Part shown: one piece after another, positions 8,179-17,266 of the stretch | How the letters are laid out: the number at the start of each line of letters is the position of its first letter | Numbering within the stretch: position 1 is the first letter of the stretch | DNA from: a virus | Lineage: Duplodnaviria; Caudoviricetes | DNA: 55,848 nt | IMG/VR virus record: IMGVR_UViG_3300049020_000013 | Coordinates: 1-55,848 of that record | Reading direction: 5' to 3' (one strand) | Notes under the pieces: generated by a model | Told to the model about the DNA's origin: nothing | The model's database searches: none | Seen by the model: the letters and a program-made list of their open reading frames with translations, nothing else | Program-made: the position numbers and the translations under genes

Positions 8179-9155
8179 CGCCGCTGATCGTGGCCGAGAT
8201 GTCGGCGAACCATCTGGGCAGCCTGGACCGCGCCATGGCCATCGTGGATGCCGCAGCCGAGGCCGGGGCGAACGCGATCAAGCTGCAGACATGGGCCCCT
8301 GACACCATGTGCCTAGACCGCAGCTACACGCTACAGAGCGGGCCATGGGCGGGGCGCAAGCTATTCGACCTGTACCGCGAGGCCCACACGCCTTGGGAAT
8401 GGCACAGGCCGATCTTCGAGCGCGCCAGGAGCAAGGGGCTGATCCCATTCAGTGCCGCATTCGATCGAGAGAGCGTGGACTTTCTCGAAGCGCTGGGGGT
8501 GGACCGGCACAAGGTGGCGAGCTTTGAACTGACGGATCTGCCACTGATCCGCTATGCCGCCAGGACAGGAAAGCCGCTGATCATGAGCACGGGCATGGCA
8601 TCCGTGGCGGAGATCACCGCGGCCTATGCTGCCGCCAACAGCCGGCACATCACGCTCCTGAAATGCACCAGCGCCTACCCGGCGACCGTGGAGGATGCCA
8701 ATTTGGCCACGATCCCTGACATGCAGCAGTGGCTGGGTTGCGATGCTGGGCTATCCGACCACACGCCAGGCCACGCGGTGGCGGCCGCAGCGGCGGCACT
8801 GGGCGCGGCCCTCATCGAGAAGCACCTCACGCTGAGCAGAGCAGACGGGGGCCCAGATGCTGGCTTCAGCATGGAGCCCGACGAGTTCGCGGCCATGGTC
8901 AAGGCGTGCCGCACCGCCGCAGCAGCCAGGGGAACGCCGCACTACGGGTGCACGCCCAGCGAATCAACCGCGCTGCGTCGCAGCCTGTACATCGCCAGGG
9001 ACATGAAGGCCGGAGAAATTCTGACGGTGGACGCCGTGCGCACGGCTAGACCGGCATGCGGCCTGCCGCCGGCAAAGTACCAAACCGTGCTCGGCCAGAC
9101 CATCAAGCAAGACACGATGGCTGGAACCCCGTTGACCATGGAGATGTTGGCATGA
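8175..9155 (+). CDS. pseI: Nonulosonic (pseudaminic) acid synthase, NeuB family with C-terminal SAF domain
   Basis: IVAEMSANHLG, AIKLQT, HTPWEWH, KVASFELTDLPLI, LLKCTSAYP, GLSDHT, IEKHLTL, RRSLY. Confidence 0.93.
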   Translation: MTPLIVAEMSANHLGSLDRAMAIVDAAAEAGANAIKLQTWAPDTMCLDRSYTLQSGPWAGRKLFDLYREAHTPWEWHRPIFERARSKGLIPFSAAFDRESVDFLEALGVDRHKVASFELTDLPLIRYAARTGKPLIMSTGMASVAEITAAYAAANSRHITLLKCTSAYPATVEDANLATIPDMQQWLGCDAGLSDHTPGHAVAAAAAALGAALIEKHLTLSRADGGPDAGFSMEPDEFAAMVKACRTAAAARGTPHYGCTPSESTALRRSLYIARDMKAGEILTVDAVRTARPACGLPPAKYQTVLGQTIKQDTMAGTPLTMEMLA

Positions 9156-9412
9156 GCCAGATGATTCCGGCCAACATCGACACCGTACACATCCTGCGCG
9201 ACCTGAACGAGTGGGGGTGGCGAGACTACAAGATTGAGATGGCGTGCGGCTTCTCGAAGGGCTACATCGCCCAGGTCAGGTGCCGCAACGTCAAGGAGAT
9301 GACGTACGCCCGAGCAGCTCGGCTCTACAACTTCTGGCTCGCGGAATCAGAGACGCAGCTGGCCTCGTGCGTAACCTTGGGGATTCAACCTCTCGAAGAG
9401 ACAACGAGCTGA
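9152..9412 (+). CDS. Small HTH-like protein
   Basis: ATGA overlap; DYKIEMACGFSKGYIAQVR resembles an HTH. Confidence 0.55.
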   Translation: MSQMIPANIDTVHILRDLNEWGWRDYKIEMACGFSKGYIAQVRCRNVKEMTYARAARLYNFWLAESETQLASCVTLGIQPLEETTS

Positions 9413-9467
9413 CAAGTTGGAACACTGGCGCCCCATGTAGTCATTACCTCGCTGCAGGGGCAGCCAC

Positions 9468-9941
9468 ATGGCTCGTCCGTCAAAGTTCAAGCTCGAATTC
9501 GTAGCGCAGGCTGAGAAGCTCTGCGCTCTTGGCGCTACTGATGTCGAGATTGCTGACTTCTTCGGGGTCAATGTAGCGACGCTGTACAGATGGAAAGCCG
9601 ATCACTCCGAGTTCGGCGACGCCCTCAAGGTCGGCAAAGAGTCAGCTGACGAGCGCGTGGAGCGCAGCCTGTACTGGCGCGCAATGGGCTATGAGCACGA
9701 CGAGGTGGACATCCGGGTTGTGAACGGCGAAGTGGTGCAGACGCCCATTCGCAAATACTACCCACCGGACACTACGGCGTGCATTTTCTGGCTGAAGAAC
9801 CGTCGTAAAGAGCAGTGGCGCGACAAGGTGGAAACAGGGGTCACGGACAAGGAGGGCAACGATGTTGCCGCCGTTGATCCGACCGAGGCCGTGAGGCGCC
9901 TTGCGTTCCTGCTGGCAAAGGGGGCGCAGTCAAATGGCTGA
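9468..9941 (+). CDS. terS: Terminase small subunit
   Basis: MARPSKF...GATDVEIADFFGVNVATLYRWK...PPDTTACIFWLKNR. Confidence 0.9.
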   Translation: MARPSKFKLEFVAQAEKLCALGATDVEIADFFGVNVATLYRWKADHSEFGDALKVGKESADERVERSLYWRAMGYEHDEVDIRVVNGEVVQTPIRKYYPPDTTACIFWLKNRRKEQWRDKVETGVTDKEGNDVAAVDPTEAVRRLAFLLAKGAQSNG

Positions 9942-10443
9942 CGACCTCGCATCGCGGCGCGCGAAGCTGTTTGGCACACAGCCGCAGGGCCCGTCGCCCG
10001 AAGTTCTCGCGCTGCTGAACACAGTCAACGAGGCGCAGTCGGCGAATGCCGAACTGGCCCAGGCGCTGCGGGCCACGGTCAAGGATCTGACGGCCACCAT
10101 CAAAGCCGAAGAGGCCGAAGAGAGCGCAGAGATTGCGGCACTCAAGGCCGAGTGCGCCTCGTGGATGGAGCGCTGCATGGCCGCCGAGGTGGAGAGGGCT
10201 CGGTATCAGGAGCGCGCGGCAGCCGCCGAGGAGGCCCTGGCCAGCGAGCGGTCAAGGCCGATGCCGCAGATGCCAGAGATGCCGGCCATGCCGGCGCCCG
10301 TGATCGATGCGGCCGCCATCGCTGCGGCGGTCATTGCGGCGATGCCTCAACCAGCAGTGCCCATGCCGCCTAAGGCATGGAGCTTGGATACCAAGGACTC
10401 GATGGGCAATCCGCGCCGAGTCCGAATCACACCGGAGTATTGA
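9934..10443 (+). CDS. Hypothetical coiled-coil/Pro-rich protein
   Basis: Overlaps the end of terS; Ala/Glu coiled coil followed by a PMPQMPEMPAMP tract. Confidence 0.65.
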   Translation: MADDLASRRAKLFGTQPQGPSPEVLALLNTVNEAQSANAELAQALRATVKDLTATIKAEEAEESAEIAALKAECASWMERCMAAEVERARYQERAAAAEEALASERSRPMPQMPEMPAMPAPVIDAAAIAAAVIAAMPQPAVPMPPKAWSLDTKDSMGNPRRVRITPEY

Positions 10444-10444
10444 G

Positions 10445-10885
10445 ATGCCGCTTGGCTCAACCATGGAGGCGGATGTCCTCAACCTGCTGTTGTGCGCGAA
10501 GGCCATTGCCAACATTGCAGACAACGCAGGGGCCAGCCCAAGCACCGCGGTGTGGGTGTCGCTGCACAGCGCAGACCCATCAAGCGGCACGCAGGGGACG
10601 AACGAGATCAGCGTGACCGGCTACGCCCGTGTGTCGGTGACTCGCAGCACCACCGGATGGGCGGTGAGTGGGTCGGGCCCAGCGACGGCCAATCCCGTGG
10701 CGGCGATCACATACGCAATCCTGACGAGCACAAGCACCGGGACCATCACGCATGCATCGGTGGGTCTGACCAGCGCGAGCACGGGCGGAAAGATAGTCGG
10801 CTGCGGCACGGTATCGCCAAACATCAACTACGGCCAGAACGTCACGCCGCAGCTGACCACGGCCAGCAGCTTCACGCTGAGCTAG
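10445..10885 (+). CDS. Putative virion fibre/decoration protein, Ser/Thr-rich
   Basis: IANIADNA...VSLHSADP...GYARVSV phage structural motif; about 29% S+T by hand count. Confidence 0.7.
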   Translation: MPLGSTMEADVLNLLLCAKAIANIADNAGASPSTAVWVSLHSADPSSGTQGTNEISVTGYARVSVTRSTTGWAVSGSGPATANPVAAITYAILTSTSTGTITHASVGLTSASTGGKIVGCGTVSPNINYGQNVTPQLTTASSFTLS

Positions 10886-10894
10886 GAGCACACC

Positions 10895-11344
10895 ATGCCG
10901 CTGTACACCTTCGGCCGCAGCGCATTCAGCCTGAGCACTTCGGCTGACTCGCTCACCATCGCCAGCTCGAACAACCCACTGCGCATCATCATTGCGGACA
11001 TCAAGGGCCTGGGCACCTCAAGCTCGGCCAACGAGGTGCTGATGTTCCGCGGCACCTCTGTGGGCAGCAGTGCGGCCGGCGGCAGCATCACCCCGAGCAA
11101 GGTCAACACCGGCAGCGCGGCGGCCACGTTCGCGGTCTACACCTCGTTCGCAAGCTCCACGCAGAGCACGGGCGGCGATGTGATGTGGCGCTTTGGAGTC
11201 AACGGCAACGGCGGGCAAGACAAGTTCGTCGCCGTCCCGGGGGCTGAGATTCCGATGCCGCGCAATGCATTCTTGTGCCTGCGTGCGGCGTCTGGCGCCG
11301 GCTCGGCGACCGTCAACTTCATGGTTGAAGAGGTAGATGGCTGA
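10895..11344 (+). CDS. Putative virion protein, Ser/Thr-rich
   Basis: AGGAG Shine-Dalgarno; about 23% S+T by hand count; beta-rich appearance. Confidence 0.6.
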   Translation: MPLYTFGRSAFSLSTSADSLTIASSNNPLRIIIADIKGLGTSSSANEVLMFRGTSVGSSAAGGSITPSKVNTGSAAATFAVYTSFASSTQSTGGDVMWRFGVNGNGGQDKFVAVPGAEIPMPRNAFLCLRAASGAGSATVNFMVEEVDG

Positions 11345-12234
11345 TGTACGGCCGAGCCCTGCGTGCAGCACCTACGAAGGGGCGCCGGCAGGCTGCTCGC
11401 TTCGGTAAGGGCATCTCGCAGGAGGCGCCGCGGTACGCATTGCGGTTCCCGTCCAATGTGACGGGTAGCGACACCAGTGCGCCATACGTCGCCATTGAGT
11501 TTGCGGACCCACAGAACAACGGCCTGCCGATATGGGGCGCGTCGGGCGCGGGCATTACGGTCGTTAGGAAGATCAGCGTCATTCAGCAGACCGGCTACTA
11601 CGCCCAGATATGGTGGTGCCAGGGCGATGGAGCGACGTTTGACCCGAGTGCCGGCTATTGGGGTGCTCACCCGTACCCGACGACCACGGACAACACGGGC
11701 ACATCGCACGTCTGGGAACTCGCCACAGCAGGCGGTGGTGACTTCTTCAACAGCGCCGGCTCCTCGGATGTGAACCAGGGAACGGCCGTGACGAAGGGCG
11801 TGACGTACCAGCAAGGTATCCGCATCACGCGCGCCAACGCGAACAGCAAAACGGCTGTCTTCTACTTCAACCTGCCCAGCGTCAATGCTGCGGACAGGAT
11901 CAACGTCGATATCACCATCGCAGGCTACGGCGAGACAAATCCGCCATCGCCGAAGCTCATCATCGGCGACTCCCCTTGGTACACGCACTATCAGCATGAG
12001 CGCGCCAGCATGGACTTGGACGCCATCAAGGTGTTCAACGCCGTGCTATCAGAGGCTGACATGCTGTCAGAGGCGAACGACTTCTCTAGGGTGGTCACAA
12101 GCGCCGGGCAATCCGCGATTTGGTGGGGCAAGCACGGCTTCCTCAGCGTTGACGACCTCACGTGCGACTTCGGCACGGGCCGTGCCTTCGCCTGGGCGAA
12201 CAGCAACAAGGGCACCTTGGTGTCGAGGCTGTAG
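11344..12234 (+). CDS. Putative virion beta-sandwich (lectin-like) protein
   Basis: Beta-rich; LIIGDSP...LDAIKVFNAVLSEADM resembles a LamG/ConA-type ending. Confidence 0.5.
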   Translation: MYGRALRAAPTKGRRQAARFGKGISQEAPRYALRFPSNVTGSDTSAPYVAIEFADPQNNGLPIWGASGAGITVVRKISVIQQTGYYAQIWWCQGDGATFDPSAGYWGAHPYPTTTDNTGTSHVWELATAGGGDFFNSAGSSDVNQGTAVTKGVTYQQGIRITRANANSKTAVFYFNLPSVNAADRINVDITIAGYGETNPPSPKLIIGDSPWYTHYQHERASMDLDAIKVFNAVLSEADMLSEANDFSRVVTSAGQSAIWWGKHGFLSVDDLTCDFGTGRAFAWANSNKGTLVSRL

Positions 12235-13569
12235 ATGGCCGCCACCGTCTTCGTTTCCTCTGCCAAGGGCGCGGCCGACAACACGACCACGCTCGCGACA
12301 GATGCGTTCACCGTAGGCGGATCGAATCGCGTCCTCTATGTGCTGGCTGGCTCCGGTGCCGGCACGCCTGTTGATCCATCGGCCGTCAAGTGGGGCGGCA
12401 GCGGCGGCACCTCGCTGACGCAGCTCGGCAGCACGCTGAACATGGGCAGCAATGCCAAGGCGTCGCTGTGGAGGTTGATTGCTCCTGCCACCGGCTCCAA
12501 CACGGTCCACGTCACCTGGGGCAGTGCTCAGGACGAGCGATGGATCATTGCCGTCCAGGTCCAGGATACGGACCAGACGACGCCGAACAACACGGTCGCG
12601 ACAGCCACCGGCACAAATGCGTCCCCGACTGTCAACGCCACGAGCGTGTCAGGCAACCTGGTGCTCGACTTCGTGTCGTTCCTTGACATCGGCGGCGCCG
12701 GCTACGGGCTTACTGATGACGTGCCCGACGTGCTCCAGTCGCTGACTGGTGCTGGTGGCATCAGTGCGTTTGAGGGCGCGGGCGCCTCTCGCGAGACGGC
12801 GGCAGGTACATCCACCACGTGCTCGTGGACGGTTGGCGGCACGCTGGCCGGCGGGGGGTGGAGCCTCTTCGCCCTGGCCGTCAATGATGCTGCGGCGGCG
12901 CCGCCAGACGACCCGAGGAACAACTACGACAACGGGGTTCCGGCGGGCTACCTCGTAGACATCGGCTTTGCGGCGCTCTACGGGCACGAGCAGCAGGGCA
13001 TTCCGCTCGCGAACCGCGATTCGATCGCGTCGGCGGCCATGAGCGTGGCTGGCGCATCGACCACCACGATGACGGGTGCCGCGACCGGCGCCGGAGCCCT
13101 CAGCGCCGATGGCGTCTCGACAGTCGCCTTTACGTCGTCAACCGGCACCCTTGTGTCCGCAGCGGCGTCGATCACGTCCACGGCTACGGTGTCGATGTCC
13201 GGCGCGTCTGTCAGTGCAGGGGCACTGGACGCGCATGCCGTCGCAGATGCCGCTTGGGCATCTGGTGGCGGGACCATTGTGTCCGCCGCCGCATCAATCA
13301 CATCGTCCGCATCGGCATCGATGGCCGGCGCATCGACAAGTGCAGGGGCAGTTTCCATTGCCGCGGTGTCGGCGCCGTCAATGGTCGGTGCAGCAAGTGT
13401 GGCCGCCTCCCTGGGCATCGAGTCCGAGATCGTCGTGGACTGGTCATCGGAAGCCAGCGCACAGCAGAGTCGCGCCGAAGGGCCGCGACCACGCAGGGAC
13501 ATCGATACGGACCTGCTGCTCGACCTTGCGCAATCCATCCTCCCGCTACTGAGCCAACTTGGAGCCTGA
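12235..13569 (+). CDS. Putative virion fibre protein with Ser/Thr/Ala-rich C-terminal repeats
   Basis: Beta-rich N-terminal domain, then three ~42-aa repeats (e.g. TLVSAAASITS / TIVSAAASITS). Confidence 0.6.
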   Translation: MAATVFVSSAKGAADNTTTLATDAFTVGGSNRVLYVLAGSGAGTPVDPSAVKWGGSGGTSLTQLGSTLNMGSNAKASLWRLIAPATGSNTVHVTWGSAQDERWIIAVQVQDTDQTTPNNTVATATGTNASPTVNATSVSGNLVLDFVSFLDIGGAGYGLTDDVPDVLQSLTGAGGISAFEGAGASRETAAGTSTTCSWTVGGTLAGGGWSLFALAVNDAAAAPPDDPRNNYDNGVPAGYLVDIGFAALYGHEQQGIPLANRDSIASAAMSVAGASTTTMTGAATGAGALSADGVSTVAFTSSTGTLVSAAASITSTATVSMSGASVSAGALDAHAVADAAWASGGGTIVSAAASITSSASASMAGASTSAGAVSIAAVSAPSMVGAASVAASLGIESEIVVDWSSEASAQQSRAEGPRPRRDIDTDLLLDLAQSILPLLSQLGA

Positions 13570-13570
13570 C

Positions 13571-13885
13571 ATGGCATTCATCCCGCAGGGCAACACAAGT
13601 CTGATCAAGGCCACGACGACCGCGAGCGCGGCCCAGCAGCCGTCAACGGGGAGCGTTCAAGGCTTCCGCCTCTATGCGGCCAGCACTGCGCTGTGCCTGT
13701 ACGCCATTGGCGTGAGCACGGCGACGGCGGCGCTTCCGACGACCGGGGCTGCGGCCGCAGGCATTCCGCTCCCTGGAAACACACCCATCGACGTGAAGGC
13801 CCCGCCCAACGGCTGGATCAGCGTCATCACCTCCACGGCGGGCGGCACGGCAGACGTGTACGTGACGCCGGGAACCGCCGCCTGA
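13571..13885 (+). CDS. Putative virion protein, Thr/Ala-rich
   Basis: GGAG Shine-Dalgarno; ATTTAS, VSTAT, ITST. Confidence 0.6.
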   Translation: MAFIPQGNTSLIKATTTASAAQQPSTGSVQGFRLYAASTALCLYAIGVSTATAALPTTGAAAAGIPLPGNTPIDVKAPPNGWISVITSTAGGTADVYVTPGTAA

Positions 13886-13934
13886 CGGCATCAGGCAACT
13901 CCGCCAGCAATCAGCATCAGCAAGGAGATTCATC

Positions 13935-14414
13935 GTGGCGTACGCCAACAAGATCTTTACCAGCCTGTTCGGCCGCCGCCTCGGCCTGCAGAACATGAGC
14001 ACCACAGAGAGTGGCGGCTCGCGTGGCTTCCAGGAGTACCTGGTGGGCCCGGAGGAGTTTCGCGTCGGCGTGACGACTGCGGAGACGACCAGTACCAACC
14101 TGAACCCGCACGGCATCAGCCGACTACCGGGCACCAGTGCTGCATCCAGCGCGGTCTACACCATCGATCCACCCGTCCCTGGCGTGCGCAAGCTGGTCAT
14201 GGGTACGACCGACAACGGCCCGGTGTACCTGAAGACGGTGAACAACGAAACCATCGTCACCACGGCGGGATCGTCGTTCACGACCGTCAAGGTGTCCAGC
14301 GTGGGCGGCGTGTTCGAGCTGGTCGGCTTGACCACAGCAATCTGGCTGGGCCTGAACCTGACCACGGGCACTTCATCTCAGGCCAGCGGTTTCGGCCTGA
14401 CCACATCCACCTGA
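13935..14414 (+). CDS. Putative head decoration protein, Ser/Thr-rich
   Basis: AAGGAG Shine-Dalgarno; about 27% S+T by hand count. Confidence 0.6.
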   Translation: MAYANKIFTSLFGRRLGLQNMSTTESGGSRGFQEYLVGPEEFRVGVTTAETTSTNLNPHGISRLPGTSAASSAVYTIDPPVPGVRKLVMGTTDNGPVYLKTVNNETIVTTAGSSFTTVKVSSVGGVFELVGLTTAIWLGLNLTTGTSSQASGFGLTTST

Positions 14415-14436
14415 CCGGAACTGAGGAGGAGACTCA

Positions 14437-15186
14437 ATGTCCGAGAAGAAGGTTGCGCTCATCGGCTCCGCCCCGGCGAGCATTCGTCTTGCCCCCTACC
14501 ACGATCCAGAGTGGGAGATATGGGCCTGCTCGCCAGGCACTTACGGCGTGATGCCGCGAGTGAATGCGTTCTTCGAGCTGCATCTGTGGGAGCCTGGGCA
14601 GCCGTGGTTCAGCCCTGAGTATGTGCAGTGGCTGACCGCGCTTCCTGGCCGAGGAGTGAAGCTGTGGGTGGGCAATGCGCAGGTTCCGGTCCCTGGCGCC
14701 AGCGTTCTGCCACACGAAGACATCATTTCCGAGTTCGACCCGAATCGCTGGTTCTGCACGTCCAGCCTGTTCTGGATGATGGCTATGGCGATCAAGGAGG
14801 GCGCAACAAAGATCGGCTTCTGGGGCGTGGACATGGCCGCCACGGAAGAGTACGAGATGCAGCGCGCCGGCATCCATTACATGGCCTACCTTGCCCGCGC
14901 TCGCGGCATCGAGGTGGGTGCACCACACGAGTCCGATCTCTTCACGCCGCGCTTCCGCTACGGGATCGATGAGTGGACGCACTCATACCGCAAGCTGCGT
15001 GCTCGCAGGATCGAGTTGGAGAACCGTCGCGTCATGGTGGCCAACGAATCGCACGCCAAGCAGCTTGAAGAGGCATTCCTGCGTGGCGCCCTGGATGACC
15101 TGAAGTACGTGAACGACACCTGGGCGGACAAGGGTGAATACCTTGGTCCGGCACAAGGTGCACCCGCGTTGACAGGGGCCGCGTGA
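14437..15186 (+). CDS. Candidate CMP-nonulosonate glycosyltransferase (CstII/GT42-, GT29- or Maf-like fold)
   Basis: KKVALIGSAPAS...WEIWACS and TSSLFWMMAMAIKEGATKIGFWGVDM parallel the CstII motifs KKVIIAGNGPS...VFRCN and TSGVYMCAVAIALGYKEIYLSGIDF. Confidence 0.65.
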   Translation: MSEKKVALIGSAPASIRLAPYHDPEWEIWACSPGTYGVMPRVNAFFELHLWEPGQPWFSPEYVQWLTALPGRGVKLWVGNAQVPVPGASVLPHEDIISEFDPNRWFCTSSLFWMMAMAIKEGATKIGFWGVDMAATEEYEMQRAGIHYMAYLARARGIEVGAPHESDLFTPRFRYGIDEWTHSYRKLRARRIELENRRVMVANESHAKQLEEAFLRGALDDLKYVNDTWADKGEYLGPAQGAPALTGAA

Positions 15187-16823
15187 GCACACTGGACGAC
15201 CTCCTTGCGCGCGTAGCCGGGCTGCCTGCGGCCCAGCAGGAGCAGGTGCGCGCAGAGGTTGTGGCGCTCACAAAGAGCATGAAGTGGGTGCCCAATCCTG
15301 GCCCCCAGACAGACGCCTACTTCTCGAAGGCCGATGTGCTGCTGTACGGCGGGGAGCCCGGCGGCGGGAAGTCGCAACTCATCCTCGGCTTGGCGTTCAA
15401 TGAGCATCAGAAGACGCTCATCATGCGCCGCGAGTATGCGGACCTGGACGGCATCATCAACGATGCGCTGAAGATCCACGGCAGCCGCGACGGGTTCAAC
15501 GGCTCGCCGCCGCCCAAGCTGCGCATCAGCGACAAGCAGTTGATCAGCTTCGCGGCAGCCCACCGGGTGGGCGACGAGCAGGGGCAGATGGGCAAGGGGC
15601 GCGATCTCATCGGCATCGATGAGGCCACTCACTTCGCCAAGAGCCAGATCCGGTTTGTGATGGGATGGAACCGCACCGACGACCCGAACCAGCGGTGTCG
15701 CGTGGTGCTGGCCACAAACCCGCCACTGAGCCCCGAGGGGCTGTGGGTCATTGAGATGTTCGCCCCCTGGCTGGACCCGCAGTTTCCGGACCCGGCCAAG
15801 CCCGGCGAGCTGCGCTGGGTCATCTCCGACGATGACGGCAACGACCGCTGGGTGGAAGGCCCGGGCGAGTACGAAGTGATGGTGGCCGGCAAGCAGAAGC
15901 AGGTGAGGGCCATGAGCCGCACCTACATCCCTGCGTCGGTCAAGGACAACCCTTACTACGTCGCCAGCGGGTACGAGGCTCAGCTGGACGCCATGCCGGA
16001 GCCGTATCGCTCATTGCTGATGGGCGGCTTCCGTACGGCATTCAAGGACCAGCCGAACCAGATCATCCCGACATCGTGGGTGACGCAAGCCCAGCAACGG
16101 TGGACAGCGGAGCCGCCGAAGTTCATGAACCGGCACGGGCAGCCGGTCCCGGTCCCGATGTGCGCTCTTGCTGTGGATGCCTCCGGGGGTGGCGATGACC
16201 CAATGATCGTGGCGGTCCGTCATGACGGTTGGTTTGGCGAGTTGCACGAGACGCCAGGCAAGGACATCCCGCAGAACCGCGCAGGATCGTTCTGCGGCGG
16301 CATCGTGCTTGGGCTGCGGCGTGACAGGGCGTCAGTCACCATCGACATGGGCGGCGGCTACGGGGCGCCCGTGCTGGAGCACCTGGAAGACAACGGTGTG
16401 TCGTGCCATGCGTACAAGGGCGCGGAGGCGGCCACGTGGCGCGGCGGTGAAGGCAAACTGCGCTTTGTGAATACCCGGACGGCTGCCCTGTGGTGCCTGC
16501 GTGAGGCGCTAGACCCTGGGCAGCCCGGGGGCTCAACGATTGCACTGCCGCCGGATCCGAGATTGGTTGCCGACCTCACGGCGCCCACCTTTGAGACGAC
16601 GCCCAACGGCATCAAGGCCGAGCCCAAAGAGAAGGTATGCGAGCGACTGGGCCGCTCCACCGACAGGGGCGATGCTGTCGTGATGGCGTGGTGGGAAGGG
16701 CCGCGGCACTCAACACACATTGCCGACTGGCTCGACATGCACAAGTCGGGGCATCACATCGTGAAGAAGCCACAGGTGTTGACTGGTGGCCGCGTGCCGC
16801 TGTCTGCTCGGGGACGCTCATGA
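15183..16823 (+). CDS. terL: Terminase large subunit
   Basis: GPQ, YGGEPGGGKS (Walker A), IGIDEA (Walker B), ATNP, AVDASGGGDD, STDRGDAVVMA nuclease motifs. Confidence 0.93.
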   Translation: MSTLDDLLARVAGLPAAQQEQVRAEVVALTKSMKWVPNPGPQTDAYFSKADVLLYGGEPGGGKSQLILGLAFNEHQKTLIMRREYADLDGIINDALKIHGSRDGFNGSPPPKLRISDKQLISFAAAHRVGDEQGQMGKGRDLIGIDEATHFAKSQIRFVMGWNRTDDPNQRCRVVLATNPPLSPEGLWVIEMFAPWLDPQFPDPAKPGELRWVISDDDGNDRWVEGPGEYEVMVAGKQKQVRAMSRTYIPASVKDNPYYVASGYEAQLDAMPEPYRSLLMGGFRTAFKDQPNQIIPTSWVTQAQQRWTAEPPKFMNRHGQPVPVPMCALAVDASGGGDDPMIVAVRHDGWFGELHETPGKDIPQNRAGSFCGGIVLGLRRDRASVTIDMGGGYGAPVLEHLEDNGVSCHAYKGAEAATWRGGEGKLRFVNTRTAALWCLREALDPGQPGGSTIALPPDPRLVADLTAPTFETTPNGIKAEPKEKVCERLGRSTDRGDAVVMAWWEGPRHSTHIADWLDMHKSGHHIVKKPQVLTGGRVPLSARGRS

Positions 16824-17263
16824 ACTACCAGCGCGAATTGGTGGCCAACGTCTTGGGTGAGCTGAAGCCATTGCTTGAGCGGCACTACCGTGAGATCGCT
16901 CATTACCAGGACATCCCGCTAGATCCCGATTACGGGTTCTACGCGGATGCTCCACACATTCGCATGTTCACGGTACGGGACGAGGGCAAGCTGATCGGCT
17001 ACGGCTTGTTCCACGTGTCTCGGAACAAGCACTACATGGGCAGCCTGCAGGCGGTGCAGGACATCCTGTTCATCCTCCCCGAATACCGGGGCACCGTCAC
17101 GGGCCCGCGCCTCATCCGGTATTGCGACGAGCAGTTGCGCGCCGAGGGGTGCCAAGTGGTCTACCAGCACGTAAAGACGGCGCACAACTTCGGCCCCCTC
17201 TTGGAGCGCCAGGGGTACGAGCTGGTGGACCTCATCTATGCAAAGCGATTGGACAAGGAGTAA
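16820..17263 (+). CDS. GNAT acetyltransferase
   Basis: VRDEGKLIGY...DILFILPEYRG...G.RLI...LLERQGY. Confidence 0.75.
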   Translation: MNYQRELVANVLGELKPLLERHYREIAHYQDIPLDPDYGFYADAPHIRMFTVRDEGKLIGYGLFHVSRNKHYMGSLQAVQDILFILPEYRGTVTGPRLIRYCDEQLRAEGCQVVYQHVKTAHNFGPLLERQGYELVDLIYAKRLDKE

Positions 17264-17266
17264 GCC

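Noticed and set aside
3090-9155. Host LPS locus contamination or classical serotype conversion
   Set aside because: The genes are coupled into the phage late strand of a circular contig and lack wzx/wzy/gtr genes; disfavoured but not excluded
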